Notes: generated by a model not told the origin, from the letters alone. 45,061 bases of DNA from an uncultured Clostridiaceae bacterium (GCA_905198755.1 CAJKDR010000001.1:1-45061); one strand, 5' to 3'. Shown: positions 18,413-29,157, numbered from the stretch's first letter. Program-made: numbers and translations.

Positions 18413-19732
18413 TTATTCTTTTTCTTTATCTTTTATGTTTTCTTCTATATTATTGTTTTTACAAGCTTTAACTTTTATTATACGTTTGTCTTCATATTCT
18501 TCAATTTTATAAGTAACTTTTGGTGTTTCTATCACTGGTTTTTCATTATCAAGTGGTATTCTTCCCATTTCCTCAATTAAGTATCCTGATAAGGTATCAT
18601 ACTCTCCCTCTGGTATTTCCACTCCAAGAATTTTCTTTAAATCATATATAGAAACATTTCCATTTATTAAAAATGTATTATCATCAATTTTTTCATAGTC
18701 TAACTCAACATCATCATATTCATCATATATATTTCCAACTAATTCTTCAATTATATCTTCCATTGTTATTATACCAGCTGTTCCGCCATATTCATCAACA
18801 ACAATTGCAATTTGTTTTTTATTTTTTTGCAAATCTCTAAATAAATCATCTATTGGTTTATTCTCAGAAACAAAGTATGCATCTCTCATTATGTTTTTTA
18901 CTTTTCCATCTTTTTGTTTTTTTAGGAATTTTATTATATCCTTTGTATACAAAATTCCTTTTATATCATCTATTGTTTCTTCATATACTGGTATTCTACT
19001 ATATTTAAATTCATCTACTTCTTCCAGAATATCAGATATATTACTTTTTATATCTACTGCAAATATTTCTGTTCTATGTATCATTACTTCTGAAACAACT
19101 TTATCATTAAATTCAAAAACATTATTTATTAATTCTTTTTCTTCTTCCTCTATAGTACCTTTTTCTTCTCCAACATCTACCATCATTCTTATTTCTTCTT
19201 CTGTTACTGTTTCTTCATCTTCTGCTGAAACTCCAAATATTTTTGAAATTAAGTTAGTAGATGCTGTTAATAATTTAACAAATGGTGATGTTATAATTGC
19301 AATTACTCTTATAACCCCTACTGTTCCATATGCTATTTTCTCATAATTTTTCATAGCAATTCTTTTTGGCACTAATTCTCCAAATACAAGTGTAAAGTAA
19401 GATAGTATGATAGTAATTAAAACTATTGATATACTATTCCATACACCTATTCCCAATGGAATTAGATTATTTAGAATTGGTGCTAACTCTGATGCAAATG
19501 TCTCTGAAGCAAACGCACTTGATAGAAATCCTGCAAGTGTTATCCCTATTTGTATAGTTGCTAAAAATTTACTTGGTTCTTTTACCATCTTATAAATTTG
19601 TTTTGCTTTTTTATTTCCTTCTTTTGCTTCTTTTTCTATTTTCGCATCATTTAAAGATATAAAAGCTATCTCTGCTGACGCAAAATATGCATTTAATGCA
19701 ATTAATATAATCAATACGACAATTTGTATCAT
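18413..19732 (-). CDS. CNNM/TlyC-family protein (DUF21 membrane domain + CBS pair + CorC_HlyC)
   Basis: 439 aa. N-terminal TM block, GELVPKRIA motif, CBS region, C-terminal transporter-associated domain. Confidence 0.85.
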   Translation of the reverse strand: MIQIVVLIILIALNAYFASAEIAFISLNDAKIEKEAKEGNKKAKQIYKMVKEPSKFLATIQIGITLAGFLSSAFASETFASELAPILNNLIPLGIGVWNSISIVLITIILSYFTLVFGELVPKRIAMKNYEKIAYGTVGVIRVIAIITSPFVKLLTASTNLISKIFGVSAEDEETVTEEEIRMMVDVGEEKGTIEEEEKELINNVFEFNDKVVSEVMIHRTEIFAVDIKSNISDILEEVDEFKYSRIPVYEETIDDIKGILYTKDIIKFLKKQKDGKVKNIMRDAYFVSENKPIDDLFRDLQKNKKQIAIVVDEYGGTAGIITMEDIIEELVGNIYDEYDDVELDYEKIDDNTFLINGNVSIYDLKKILGVEIPEGEYDTLSGYLIEEMGRIPLDNEKPVIETPKVTYKIEEYEDKRIIKVKACKNNNIEENIKDKEKE

Positions 19733-19747
19733 ATATTTTTATCCTTT

Positions 19748-22498
19748 CTATTTTAAAGCTTCGCTACATCTGTGACATATTGTTGGATTTTCTTTATCTT
19801 CTCCTACTGTAGTTGAATACATCCAACATCTTTCACATTTTTCACCTTCTGCTGGTGTTACATCAATTTTTAATTCATTTGCTTCTTTTACTTCTACGGC
19901 TGATACTATGAATACTTCTTGTAATAGTTCTTCTTTATCTTTTAAGAAATTATAATTTTCTTTATCTGCATTTATTGTTACTTTTGCATTTAATGAATGT
20001 CCTATTACTTTTTCCGCTCTGGCCATTTCTAAAGCTTTTGATGCTTCTTCTTTTATAGCTATTATTTTATTCCATTTTTCTTCAAGCTCTTTGTTTTCGT
20101 ATTTTTCATTAACTTTTGGCCAATATTCTAACATTATACTTTCTGTATTTTCTCCATTTTTGTGTGGCATATACTTCCAAATCTCTTCTGCAGTATATAC
20201 TGTCATTGGAGCTATAATTCTAACTAATCCACTTAATATCTTATACATTGCTGTTTGAGCAGCTCTTCTCTTTGTACTTTCTTTTTTGCTTGTGTATAAT
20301 CTATCTTTGATTATGTCTAAATAAAAGTTACTCATATCTACGACACAGAAAGTGTTTATTGCTTGATATGCTTTATTAAAATCATATTCGTCAAATGCTT
20401 TTGTGCAATCTTTAATTAAATGATTTAATTTAATTAATGCCCATTTATCTATTTCTTCTAATTCATCATATTTAACTGGTTCATTAACATTAAAATCACT
20501 TATATTTCCTAATATATATCTTGCTGTATTTCTTATTTTTCTATAAACTTCTGCAACTTGTTTCATTATTCCATTTGATATACTTACATCTGATTTATAG
20601 TCTGAAGATAATACCCATAGCCTTAATATATCTGCTCCATATTGTTTTATCATTGTTTGTGGAGCTATAACATTTCCTACAGATTTAGACATTTTTCTTC
20701 CTTGTTCATCTACTGTATATCCATGTGTTAACACTTCTTTATATGGTGCTTTTCCTTTTGTTGCTACAGATGTCAACAATGATGATTGGAACCACCCTCT
20801 ATATTGATCACTACCTTCTAGATATAGAGTTGCTTCTGGTAAACCACGTTCTGCTAACACTGATTCATGTGTAGAACCTGAATCAAACCAAACATCCATT
20901 ATATCTGTTTCTTTTTTGAAATGTGTACATCCACATTTTTCACATTTTGCTCCTTCTGGCATTAATTCTTCTTCTGTAAGGTCAAACCATGCATTTGATC
21001 CTTTTTCTTTAAATATTTTTTGTACTTTAGCTAGACTTTCATCTGTTACATATTCTTTTTCACAATCTGCACAATAGAAAATTGGTATTGGAACTCCCCA
21101 AGTACGTTGTCTTGATATACACCAGTCGTTTCTATCTTCTACCATTTTTGTGATTCTTTCTTCGCCCCATGATGGAATCCATTTTACACCTTTTATTGCT
21201 TCTAATGTTTCTTTTCTGAATCCATCTACTGAAGCAAACCATTGATTTGTTGCTCTATAAATTACTGGCTTCTTACATCTCCAACAATGTGGATATGAAT
21301 GCATTAATTCTTGTTTATGTAATAATAAATTATGTTCTTCTAACCAATTTAGGATTTCTTTATCTGATTTTGCATAAAACATTCCTGCAAAAGGTCCTGC
21401 TTCTTCTGTTTGGTGTCCTTTTGCATCTACTGTTACAACTATATCTAATCCATTTTTTAATCCGCATAAATAATCTTCTTTACCATAACCAGGTGCTGTA
21501 TGTACTGCTCCTGTACCAGTATCTAATTCTACTTTAACAGTATCATCACTACCCATTACGACTCTTGAAGTTCTATCTAAAAATGGATGTTTACAAAGAA
21601 TTCCTTCTAATTCTTTTCCTTTAAATGTTTGTTCTATTTTGTATTCTTCTATTCCAGCTAATTCCATTACTTTTGAAACTAGTTCTTTAGCCATTATATA
21701 TTTTTCATCATTTGCATTTACTATGCTATATTCAAATTCTGGATCTATTGTTATTCCCATATTTCCTGGAAGTGTCCATGGAGTTGTAGTCCATATTACA
21801 ACATATGTGTTTTCTTTATCAAATAATCCTTTAGAATCTTCTACTGGAAATTTTACATATGCAGATGTATTTTTTACATCTTTGTATTCTATTTCTGCTT
21901 CTGCTAAAGCTGTTTCACAGTCTGTACACCAATAAACTGGTTTTAATCCTTTATATATATATCCTTTTTTATACATATCAGCAAAAACTCCTACTTGTTT
22001 TGCTTCCATTTGTGGTTGATATGTTATATATGGATTTTTCCAATCTGCTAATACCCCTAGTCTTTTAAACCCTTCTGTTTGTTTAGCAATATAATCTTTA
22101 TTGAAGCTTTTACATGTATCTCTGAATTCACTTACTGGAATTTCGTCTCTATTTAGTCCTAGTGCTTGTATTGCTTTATTTTCAGTTGGCATTCCATGTG
22201 TATCATATCCTGGAATAAATGGTGTATAATACCCATTTAGGTTTTTATATCTTACTATTGTATCTTTTAGTACTTTATTTAATGCATGACCAATATGTAT
22301 TTCTCCATTTGCATATGGTGGTCCATCATGTAAAACAAATGGTTCTTTTCCTTCATTCTTTTTTAACATTTTTTCATATAAACCTTTTTCAAATATTTCT
22401 TCTAATATTTTAGGTTCGTTTTCTGGTAAATTTCCTCTCATTGGAAATTCTGTTTTTGGTAAGTTAAGTGTTGCTCCATAATCTTTTTTTTCGCACAT
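19748..22498 (-). CDS. ileS: Isoleucine--tRNA ligase (type 1, C-terminal zinc finger)
   Basis: 916 aa. HIGH motif (PYANGEIHIGHALN), KMSKS (RKMSKSVGN), C-terminal CERCW...CHRC. Confidence 0.95.
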   Translation of the reverse strand: MCEKKDYGATLNLPKTEFPMRGNLPENEPKILEEIFEKGLYEKMLKKNEGKEPFVLHDGPPYANGEIHIGHALNKVLKDTIVRYKNLNGYYTPFIPGYDTHGMPTENKAIQALGLNRDEIPVSEFRDTCKSFNKDYIAKQTEGFKRLGVLADWKNPYITYQPQMEAKQVGVFADMYKKGYIYKGLKPVYWCTDCETALAEAEIEYKDVKNTSAYVKFPVEDSKGLFDKENTYVVIWTTTPWTLPGNMGITIDPEFEYSIVNANDEKYIMAKELVSKVMELAGIEEYKIEQTFKGKELEGILCKHPFLDRTSRVVMGSDDTVKVELDTGTGAVHTAPGYGKEDYLCGLKNGLDIVVTVDAKGHQTEEAGPFAGMFYAKSDKEILNWLEEHNLLLHKQELMHSYPHCWRCKKPVIYRATNQWFASVDGFRKETLEAIKGVKWIPSWGEERITKMVEDRNDWCISRQRTWGVPIPIFYCADCEKEYVTDESLAKVQKIFKEKGSNAWFDLTEEELMPEGAKCEKCGCTHFKKETDIMDVWFDSGSTHESVLAERGLPEATLYLEGSDQYRGWFQSSLLTSVATKGKAPYKEVLTHGYTVDEQGRKMSKSVGNVIAPQTMIKQYGADILRLWVLSSDYKSDVSISNGIMKQVAEVYRKIRNTARYILGNISDFNVNEPVKYDELEEIDKWALIKLNHLIKDCTKAFDEYDFNKAYQAINTFCVVDMSNFYLDIIKDRLYTSKKESTKRRAAQTAMYKILSGLVRIIAPMTVYTAEEIWKYMPHKNGENTESIMLEYWPKVNEKYENKELEEKWNKIIAIKEEASKALEMARAEKVIGHSLNAKVTINADKENYNFLKDKEELLQEVFIVSAVEVKEANELKIDVTPAEGEKCERCWMYSTTVGEDKENPTICHRCSEALK

Positions 22499-22536
22499 AA
22501 TTTTTCCTCCTTTTATTTGGGTATTCCTATTATATA

Positions 22537-22784
22537 AAAAGCTCGCCTTATATTACTATAAGGGCGAGCTTTTTTCTCACGGTACCACCTTAATTTATAT
22601 ATTAATTATTTAATACATATCTTAAATATCTTTAACGCAGATTTACGACCATTTTACTATTGTTTCAAATTGGTAACCAATAAAGTGATAATAAGAATGT
22701 TTCTTCCTACCAAATTCACAGCAAATATTTGGCTCTCTTTAGGGAAATCAGACTTATCGTGTCTTTATTATCGTTTTTTAATAT
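22537..22784 (-). promoter_or_regulatory. T-box leader (Ile) controlling ileS
   Basis: Minus strand: AGAGAG stem-I motif (22731-22738), candidate specifier ATC followed by A (22689-22686), T-box sequence AGGTGGTACCGTGAG (about 22577-22591), terminator GCTCGCCCTTA...TAAGGCGAGC followed by a T-run (22537-22577). Confidence 0.85.
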
Positions 22785-22790
22785 GTTAAT

Positions 22791-22819
22791 ATTATACTAT
22801 GCTTTCCATAAATTTGCAA
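22791..22819 (-). promoter_or_regulatory. Consensus promoter for the ileS T-box leader
   Basis: TTGCAA (22814-22819), a 17-nt spacer, then TATAAT (22791-22796) on the minus strand. Confidence 0.7.
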
Positions 22820-22829
22820 TAGATTTATG

Positions 22830-22862
22830 AAAAAAAGAATGCTAGTTAACAAACTAGCATTC
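22830..22862 (-). terminator. Terminator after the 103-aa gene
   Basis: GAATGCTAGTT-AACA-AACTAGCATTC with a 7-nt T-tract on the minus strand. Confidence 0.85.
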
Positions 22863-22871
22863 TCCCGACAT

Positions 22872-23183
22872 TTATACATTTATCATTAATAGATTTTTTT
22901 CTGGTTGATGGCAAAACTCACTATATGTTATACCATTTTTTATAATCATATTATTGATAAGGTTTACTGCTTTATGAAATGAAAGTTTTTTAGTGAATTT
23001 TACTGTTATAACTTCATATTCATCATATTCAACTCTTCTTTCAGTACATATCTTGTACGGAATATTTGGAGCCACTTTTATTATCTGCTTTTTAAATTCA
23101 GATAATATAAAGCTCTTGTTTTCATTATACAAAAAAAACTGTAATTTCAATATTCCTAAAACATCATTAACCTCCCGTGCCAT
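22872..23183 (-). CDS. Hypothetical protein (103 aa)
   Basis: GGAGG lies 7 nt upstream of the ATG. Terminators on both sides. No recognisable motifs. Confidence 0.55.
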   Translation of the reverse strand: MAREVNDVLGILKLQFFLYNENKSFILSEFKKQIIKVAPNIPYKICTERRVEYDEYEVITVKFTKKLSFHKAVNLINNMIIKNGITYSEFCHQPEKNLLMINV

Positions 23184-23270
23184 ATTATAGCCTCCTTCTT
23201 TATTAAAATGTCGTTAAACATATATTAATATGCTAATATATTATATCATCATTTTTATCAAATTACAATA

Positions 23271-23297
23271 GAAAAAGGATTGCATGATATGCAACCC
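23271..23297 (-). terminator. Weak terminator-like hairpin after the DnaB-like gene
   Basis: GGATTGCAT-GAT-ATGCAACCC, then TTTTTCT on the minus strand. Confidence 0.5.
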
Positions 23298-25073
23298 CTA
23301 CATTTTTTTCTTTGCAGTTTGTTTTAATCTTAAATATCCCAATTCTTCCCAACTGTTATATGCTAAGTTTAGTCTAAATAGTATTGTTGGTTTTGCTCCT
23401 GCTCTGTTTTTATCTACTACACACGCATAATATCTCACATCTGGATCTTTAAATTTCTTTAAATCAAAGTATTCTGTGTCTACTTCATTTAGCGAATATT
23501 CATAATCTTGTAGTGTATCTCTATGAATTTGTTTTATTAGACATAATGTATCTAATACTTCTTTTACTGTTCCACTTACTGATAAATCATTTATTGTTAG
23601 ATTTACTGGTAATGTGTCTGTTTCTTTTAATTGTAAAGTTGAACATATAAACATTCCAAAGTTTTGTGCTAAATTTGCAAGTATTGTTGTTGTTTTCTTT
23701 ATTTCTGCTGCACTTCCTATGTGTTCTATATCTGTTTTTAATGTATCATAAAATACATATTCAATTTGTTCTTTATAATAATAGTTCATTATAACATTTT
23801 GTAATTCTTCATTTGTATGGTCTGTTATATTAATGAAATATATTGAATTGTTTAATTGCTTATTTACCCAGTCTGTTACAGCTATTACTTGGTTGAATTC
23901 TGTACTTTGTTCTGACAATCTCTTTACAAAAGCTTTTTGTTTTTCGCCTTCTTCTTTTAATATGAATCCATTTTCATCTACTTTTACTTTTTTAGGATCA
24001 TCTGCTCTAAATTTAAATTCTAATATTTCCCCTTCTGTTTTACTAAGCTTTTGTCCATGTAATTTTTGTATTTCTGGATTGTTTAGTATTGTAGTAATTA
24101 AACACAATTTCATTTTTTCTTCTGACATTTCATTTGAAATAACTAATACTTTCTTTTTATCCACAAAAGCTGTATATGCTGCTAAGTTAATTGTAAATCT
24201 ACTTTTTCCTGAGTTTGATGGCATTGCATATGCCATTGTTTCTCCTTTTCTTATTCCTTTGAATACTGAATTCAATATAGGAAATGGAAGTTTTAATCCT
24301 GTTGTTAGGTTATTATCACCAAGTTTTAAAAACTCACTTAAATCCGAGTTTAGTACTGATGATTTAAATCTTTTTGTTATTATAATTTGCTCAATTGCAT
24401 TTTCAACTTCTTCTACTGACATTTGCGCATATAATTTATAATTTACTATATCTGCAATTTTCTTTTGTATTGCTTCCATTGGTTCTTGCAAATAATTTTT
24501 TCTTATAACAAATAATTTCTTCAAGTCAATATAAATTTTTTCCATATTATACTTTTTATCTGCTACATCCATTTTTATTTTTTGTTTATATTGATATACA
24601 TCTGCATTATCTTTTGAAAAGTTAAAATCTTTTTTTGCTAACTCTGATGCATATTCTGCTCCTTCAAAGAATAATACGCTTTTATACACATTTAATAATT
24701 CTTGATTTTCAAATAAACATATATCATATAGAAAATAATATTTTGTAATATATTTAGGATGGTTTAGCAATAACCCTATATATACATATTCTAGTGTTTC
24801 ATTTTGCAATTCCTTAGGGTATTTTTCTCCAATTTCATCGCTATTTTTGTAGTTATTCTCTTCTTGATTTTCTATGATATCTTCATCCTTCTCATTTTCT
24901 ATCGATTCGTCCATATTATTATCAGAAAATAATTCATCTATCTTTTTTAATGTTAAGTCTAAGTCTCCCTCATTTATTAGTTCTTTTATTTCTGCTATTT
25001 TTCTTTGATTTTCTAATGTTGGTTCTACTCTTGATAATAATTCATTTAATTTTCTTATTTTTTCTTGATCCAT
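23298..25073 (-). CDS. Divergent DnaB-family (RecA-fold, DnaB_C-like) helicase with an acidic N-terminal extension
   Basis: 591 aa. Walker A AMPSNSGKSRF, SNEMS, Walker-B-like VFYDTLK, KNRAGAKP C-terminal motif. The segment ETLEYVYIGLLLNHPKYI resembles the DnaB N-terminal domain. Confidence 0.7.
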   Translation of the reverse strand: MDQEKIRKLNELLSRVEPTLENQRKIAEIKELINEGDLDLTLKKIDELFSDNNMDESIENEKDEDIIENQEENNYKNSDEIGEKYPKELQNETLEYVYIGLLLNHPKYITKYYFLYDICLFENQELLNVYKSVLFFEGAEYASELAKKDFNFSKDNADVYQYKQKIKMDVADKKYNMEKIYIDLKKLFVIRKNYLQEPMEAIQKKIADIVNYKLYAQMSVEEVENAIEQIIITKRFKSSVLNSDLSEFLKLGDNNLTTGLKLPFPILNSVFKGIRKGETMAYAMPSNSGKSRFTINLAAYTAFVDKKKVLVISNEMSEEKMKLCLITTILNNPEIQKLHGQKLSKTEGEILEFKFRADDPKKVKVDENGFILKEEGEKQKAFVKRLSEQSTEFNQVIAVTDWVNKQLNNSIYFINITDHTNEELQNVIMNYYYKEQIEYVFYDTLKTDIEHIGSAAEIKKTTTILANLAQNFGMFICSTLQLKETDTLPVNLTINDLSVSGTVKEVLDTLCLIKQIHRDTLQDYEYSLNEVDTEYFDLKKFKDPDVRYYACVVDKNRAGAKPTILFRLNLAYNSWEELGYLRLKQTAKKKM

Positions 25074-25129
25074 AATACATCTCCTATTAATGTTTTTTTA
25101 TATTATATATTTAGTATTTAAAATTGTAA

Positions 25130-25156
25130 AGAAAAAAAGCAGAATAAATTCTGCTC
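25130..25156 (-). terminator. clpX terminator
   Basis: GCAGAA-TAAA-TTCTGC core with a T-tract on the minus strand, next to the stop at 25158. Confidence 0.65.
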
Positions 25157-25157
25157 T

Positions 25158-26471
25158 TTATGCTGTTTCTTCATTATTTGTTTCTATTTTTTTCTTTATA
25201 ACTTTTTTAGGTTCTTCAACCTTATTCTCATTAATTATCAATTTAGGTTGTGCTCCGTTTTGTACTGTTTCCTTAGTTATAATACATTTTTCTATATTAG
25301 GATTTGATGGAATATCAAACATTATATCTCTCATTATGTCTTCAATTATAGATCTAAGCCCTCTTGCTCCAGTATTTCTTTCTATTGCTTTATCCACAAT
25401 AAGTTCTAATGCTTCTTTTTCAAATTCTAATTCTACATTGTCATATTCAAACAATTTTTTATATTGTTTTACTAATGCATTTTTAGGTTCTGTAACGATT
25501 CTTATTAATGTTTCTTTATCCAATTCTCTTAATGTAGTAACTATTGGTAATCTTCCGACAAACTCTGGTATAAGTCCAAATTTTAATAAATCTTGTGGTA
25601 ATATTTGTTCATATATTTTATACTTATCTATTTCTTTAGAACTTTCTACTTTTGCTCCAAATCCTATGGATTTTTCTCCTATTCTGTCTTTGATTATTTT
25701 ATCTAACCCTTCAAACGCTCCTCCACAGATAAATAATATGTTTTCTGTATTTATTTGTAAAAATTCTTGATGAGGATGTTTCCTTCCACCTTGTGGTGGT
25801 ACAGATGCTGTTGTACCTTCAACAATTTTCAATAATGCTTGTTGAACACCTTCTCCACTTACATCTCTTGTTATAGATGGATTTTCAGACTTTCTTGTTA
25901 TTTTATCTATTTCATCTATATATATTATTCCTTTTTCTGCTAAGGCTATATCCCCATCTGCGGCCTGAATAAGTTTTAATAAAATGTTTTCTACATCTTC
26001 TCCAACATACCCTGCTTCTGTTAATGTTGTTGCATCTGCTATTGCAAATGGAACATTTAATATTTTTGCTAATGTTTGTGCTAAAAGTGTTTTTCCACAT
26101 CCTGTTGGCCCTAATAATAAAACATTACTTTTTTGTATTTCTACATCATTATTTTTTTCTTCATTATTTATTCTCTTATAATGATTATATACTGCTACTG
26201 CTAATGTTTTTTTTGCTTCTTCTTGCCCTATAACATATTTATCTAAAATATCTTTTATTTCTCTAGGGCTTAATAATTTTGCTTCTTCATTAATAGAATA
26301 TCCTAATTCTTCTTCATTATATGAATCATTATCTATTATATTTTTGCATACTTCTATACATTCATCGCAAATGTATACTCCTGGTCCTGCAACTATTCTA
26401 TCTACATGTTCTTGTGTTTTTCCACAAAAAGAACATTTTATATTCTTTGGTGAATCATCTTTTTTTGCCAT
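25158..26471 (-). CDS. clpX: ATP-dependent Clp protease ATP-binding subunit ClpX
   Basis: N-terminal zinc module CSFCGK...CDEC, Walker [20 protein letters not shown]. Confidence 0.95.
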   Translation of the reverse strand: MAKKDDSPKNIKCSFCGKTQEHVDRIVAGPGVYICDECIEVCKNIIDNDSYNEEELGYSINEEAKLLSPREIKDILDKYVIGQEEAKKTLAVAVYNHYKRINNEEKNNDVEIQKSNVLLLGPTGCGKTLLAQTLAKILNVPFAIADATTLTEAGYVGEDVENILLKLIQAADGDIALAEKGIIYIDEIDKITRKSENPSITRDVSGEGVQQALLKIVEGTTASVPPQGGRKHPHQEFLQINTENILFICGGAFEGLDKIIKDRIGEKSIGFGAKVESSKEIDKYKIYEQILPQDLLKFGLIPEFVGRLPIVTTLRELDKETLIRIVTEPKNALVKQYKKLFEYDNVELEFEKEALELIVDKAIERNTGARGLRSIIEDIMRDIMFDIPSNPNIEKCIITKETVQNGAQPKLIINENKVEEPKKVIKKKIETNNEETA

Positions 26472-26494
26472 CTACTTATCCCTGCTTTCATTAT

Positions 26495-27097
26495 TTAGTT
26501 TCTTTTATCCATAATACCATCTATTAATCCATATTCAAGAGCTTCTTGTGCTGTCATATAATTATCTCTTTCTGTATCTTTTTCGATTGTTTCTAGTGTT
26601 TGACCTGTTCTTTCGCTTAATAATTTATTTAATTTTGCTCTTGTTTTTACCATATGGTCTGCATGAATTTTTATTTCTGTAGTTTGACCTGATAATCCGC
26701 CACCACCAATTAATGGTTGATGTATTAGTATTTCAGCATTTGGTGTTGCATATCTCTTTCCTTTTGCTCCTGATGCTAAAAGTACAGCTCCCATACTTGC
26801 TGCCATTCCTACACATATTGTAGAAACTGGACATTTTATATAGTTAATTGTATCTACAATTGCCATTCCATCTGTTATTGATCCTCCTGGGCTATTTATA
26901 TATAAGTGTATTTCTTTGTCTGGATCTTCTGATTCTAAGAATAATAATTGTGCTACAACTAAACTTGCTGAAGTAGCATTAACATCTTCTGCTAAAAATA
27001 TTATTCTATCTTTTAATAATCTAGAGAATATATCATATGATCTTTCTCCTTTACTTGTTTGTTCTATAACATAAGGTACTAAACTATTGTATTCCAT
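26495..27097 (-). CDS. clpP: ATP-dependent Clp protease proteolytic subunit ClpP
   Basis: 200 aa. Catalytic Ser context GMAASMGA and His context ILIHQP. Confidence 0.95.
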   Translation of the reverse strand: MEYNSLVPYVIEQTSKGERSYDIFSRLLKDRIIFLAEDVNATSASLVVAQLLFLESEDPDKEIHLYINSPGGSITDGMAIVDTINYIKCPVSTICVGMAASMGAVLLASGAKGKRYATPNAEILIHQPLIGGGGLSGQTTEIKIHADHMVKTRAKLNKLLSERTGQTLETIEKDTERDNYMTAQEALEYGLIDGIMDKRN

Positions 27098-27145
27098 ACA
27101 TCTTCCTCCTTAATAATATACTTGATTATATTTTAATTTTATTAA

Positions 27146-27167
27146 GGGCGGACAGAGTCGTCCGCCC
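27146..27167. repeat. GC-rich palindromic hairpin repeat, copy 2
   Basis: GGGCGGACAGAGTCGTCCGCCC, identical to 17683-17704. Located between the tig stop and the clpP start. The sequence following it on the minus strand is only weakly T-rich. Confidence 0.8.
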
Positions 27168-27198
27168 TTACTTACACTATAATATGAAGTCTTTATAA

Positions 27199-28482
27199 TT
27201 ATTTTATTTTAGCATTGTCAACAATAAACTTAATAACAGCTTCACCTTTTAATGAATCTTTTATGTAGTTCATGAATTGTTCATTTAGTGCTAATTCATC
27301 TTCTTTTTTACCGTACATTGCTGCCATTTCTTTTAATTTCTTATCAACTTCTTCATCTGATGGTTCTATTTTTTCTGCTTTTTCAATCGCTTCTAATGTT
27401 AATCTTGTTTTTACAGATGTTTTTGCTTGTTCTTCGTATTCTTTTCTGAAATCTTCCATTGATTTTCCCATCATTTCAAGATATTGGTCTAATTTCATTC
27501 CTTGGTAAGATAGTCTTGTTTCAATATCTCTAACCATGTTATCTATTTCTGTTTCAATCATTCCTGATGGTATTTCAACTTCAGTTGCATCTGAAACAGC
27601 TTTTATAGCTGCATCTTCTGTTTCATATTTTGCTTTGTTTTTGTTTTCTTCTTCTAATTTTTCTTTAATGCTTTTCTTTAATTCTTCTAATGTATCAAAT
27701 TCACTAGTATCTTTAGCAAAGTCATCATTTAACTCTGGTAATTCTTTTTTCTTTATTTCATGTAATTTTACTTTAAATGTTGCATCTTTACCTTTTAATT
27801 CTTCTGAAAAATATTCTTCTGGGAATTTAACATTTATGTCTTTTTCTTCTCCAGTTTTCATTCCTATTATTTGATCTTCAAAACCTGGTATAAATGTGTT
27901 ACTTCCTATTGTTAATTCATGATTTTCTGCTTTTCCACCTTCAAAAGCTACTCCATCAACAAATCCTTCAAAATCTATAACAGTAATATCTCCATTTTCA
28001 ACTGGTCTATCTTCTACAGTTACTAATCTTGAATTTCTATCTGCCATATGTCCTAATTCATGTTCAATATCTTCATCTGTTACATTATACTCTATTTTCT
28101 TTAATTCTATACCTTTATATTTTCCTAATTTTACTTCTGGTTTTGTTTGTACTACTGCTGTAAATATTAAGTCTTGTCCTTTTCCCATTTGTTTAACTTC
28201 TATTTCTGGTCTACTAACTGCTTCTATATTATTTTCTTTTAATTCTCTTTCGTATTCTTCTGGAACTACTTCATTAAAAGTATCTTCGTAGAATATTTCT
28301 GGTCCATATTGTTTTTCAACTATTGCCATTGGTGCTTTACCTTTTCTAAATCCTGGAATGTTGAAATATTTTGCACTTTTAGCATATACTTTTTTCATTC
28401 CTTCATCAAATTTTTTTGCTTCAATTGTGAATTCTAATTTTAATTCGTTATTGTTTTCTGTCTTTTCAATTTTTATACTCAT
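27199..28482 (-). CDS. tig: Trigger factor
   Basis: PGFRKGKAP ribosome-binding signature and a central FKBP-type PPIase region. SD spacing favours the ATG at 28482 (MSIKIEK) over 28491. Confidence 0.92.
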   Translation of the reverse strand: MSIKIEKTENNNELKLEFTIEAKKFDEGMKKVYAKSAKYFNIPGFRKGKAPMAIVEKQYGPEIFYEDTFNEVVPEEYERELKENNIEAVSRPEIEVKQMGKGQDLIFTAVVQTKPEVKLGKYKGIELKKIEYNVTDEDIEHELGHMADRNSRLVTVEDRPVENGDITVIDFEGFVDGVAFEGGKAENHELTIGSNTFIPGFEDQIIGMKTGEEKDINVKFPEEYFSEELKGKDATFKVKLHEIKKKELPELNDDFAKDTSEFDTLEELKKSIKEKLEEENKNKAKYETEDAAIKAVSDATEVEIPSGMIETEIDNMVRDIETRLSYQGMKLDQYLEMMGKSMEDFRKEYEEQAKTSVKTRLTLEAIEKAEKIEPSDEEVDKKLKEMAAMYGKKEDELALNEQFMNYIKDSLKGEAVIKFIVDNAKIK

Positions 28483-28567
28483 TTTTTTCATCCTTTCATG
28501 ATTATTATTTTAGCCAATATATTATATCATGTTTTCTTAATATTTCAAGGGTTTTCTATTAGAAAAA

Positions 28568-28598
28568 TAAAAACACTTCCGAATGGAAGTGTTTTTTT
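28568..28598 (-). terminator. Terminator after the 139-aa membrane protein gene
   Basis: ACACTTCC-GAAT-GGAAGTGT, flanked by A and T runs. Confidence 0.85.
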
Positions 28599-28600
28599 CT

Positions 28601-29020
28601 CTATTGTTTTTGTTCGTTTTCATTATCTACTATCTTTTCTATTTTAATAGCATTAGTTGACCATAAATAAATACATGCTAAAACAACTATTACTATAATA
28701 CAATACCATATTAGTTTTAGATAAGCTGGTATTATACATAATACTAAAGATATTACAGCTTTTTTCAAATTTATAGTTGTATTTTTCTGTGTTACTTTAT
28801 AGAAACTATTATTAAATACTTTCAATTTAGAGCTTGCTTTTATTAGCCCATAAATAATCAATTGTATTCCCCAAAATAACATTTCACACAATGCACCATT
28901 TACAAGCTTTTGATAAACAACGTAAAAATACAACGCAATTATGCCAAATAGTATAAGTGCGAAATATCTTGATCTAAAAACGAACTTTTCCATAGATACT
29001 TTAAATTCAGTGCTTTTCAT
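28601..29020 (-). CDS. Hypothetical membrane protein (139 aa, about 4 TM)
   Basis: SD AGGAGG. Hydrophobic helices. No recognisable family. Confidence 0.55.
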   Translation of the reverse strand: MKSTEFKVSMEKFVFRSRYFALILFGIIALYFYVVYQKLVNGALCEMLFWGIQLIIYGLIKASSKLKVFNNSFYKVTQKNTTINLKKAVISLVLCIIPAYLKLIWYCIIVIVVLACIYLWSTNAIKIEKIVDNENEQKQ

Positions 29021-29157
29021 AAGGTTACCTCCTAGCTGTCTGCACTCCAGCTTTTAGCTGTAAAATTCTTCTATATTATATCACAAAATATCTTTTTAGT
29101 CAAAATATGGAAGTTTTATTCTTAACATAATGCTAATACAAAATATTCTTTATGAAT

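Noticed and set aside
7830-25073. A cryptic prophage, suggested by the scattered phage-typical genes (HD hydrolase, SprT-like, RusA, DnaB-like helicase).
   Set aside because: The genes are separated by clear housekeeping loci (ileS, mntP, the ABC transporter). There is no integrase, terminase, capsid, tail or lysis gene. I could not find flanking att-like direct repeats.
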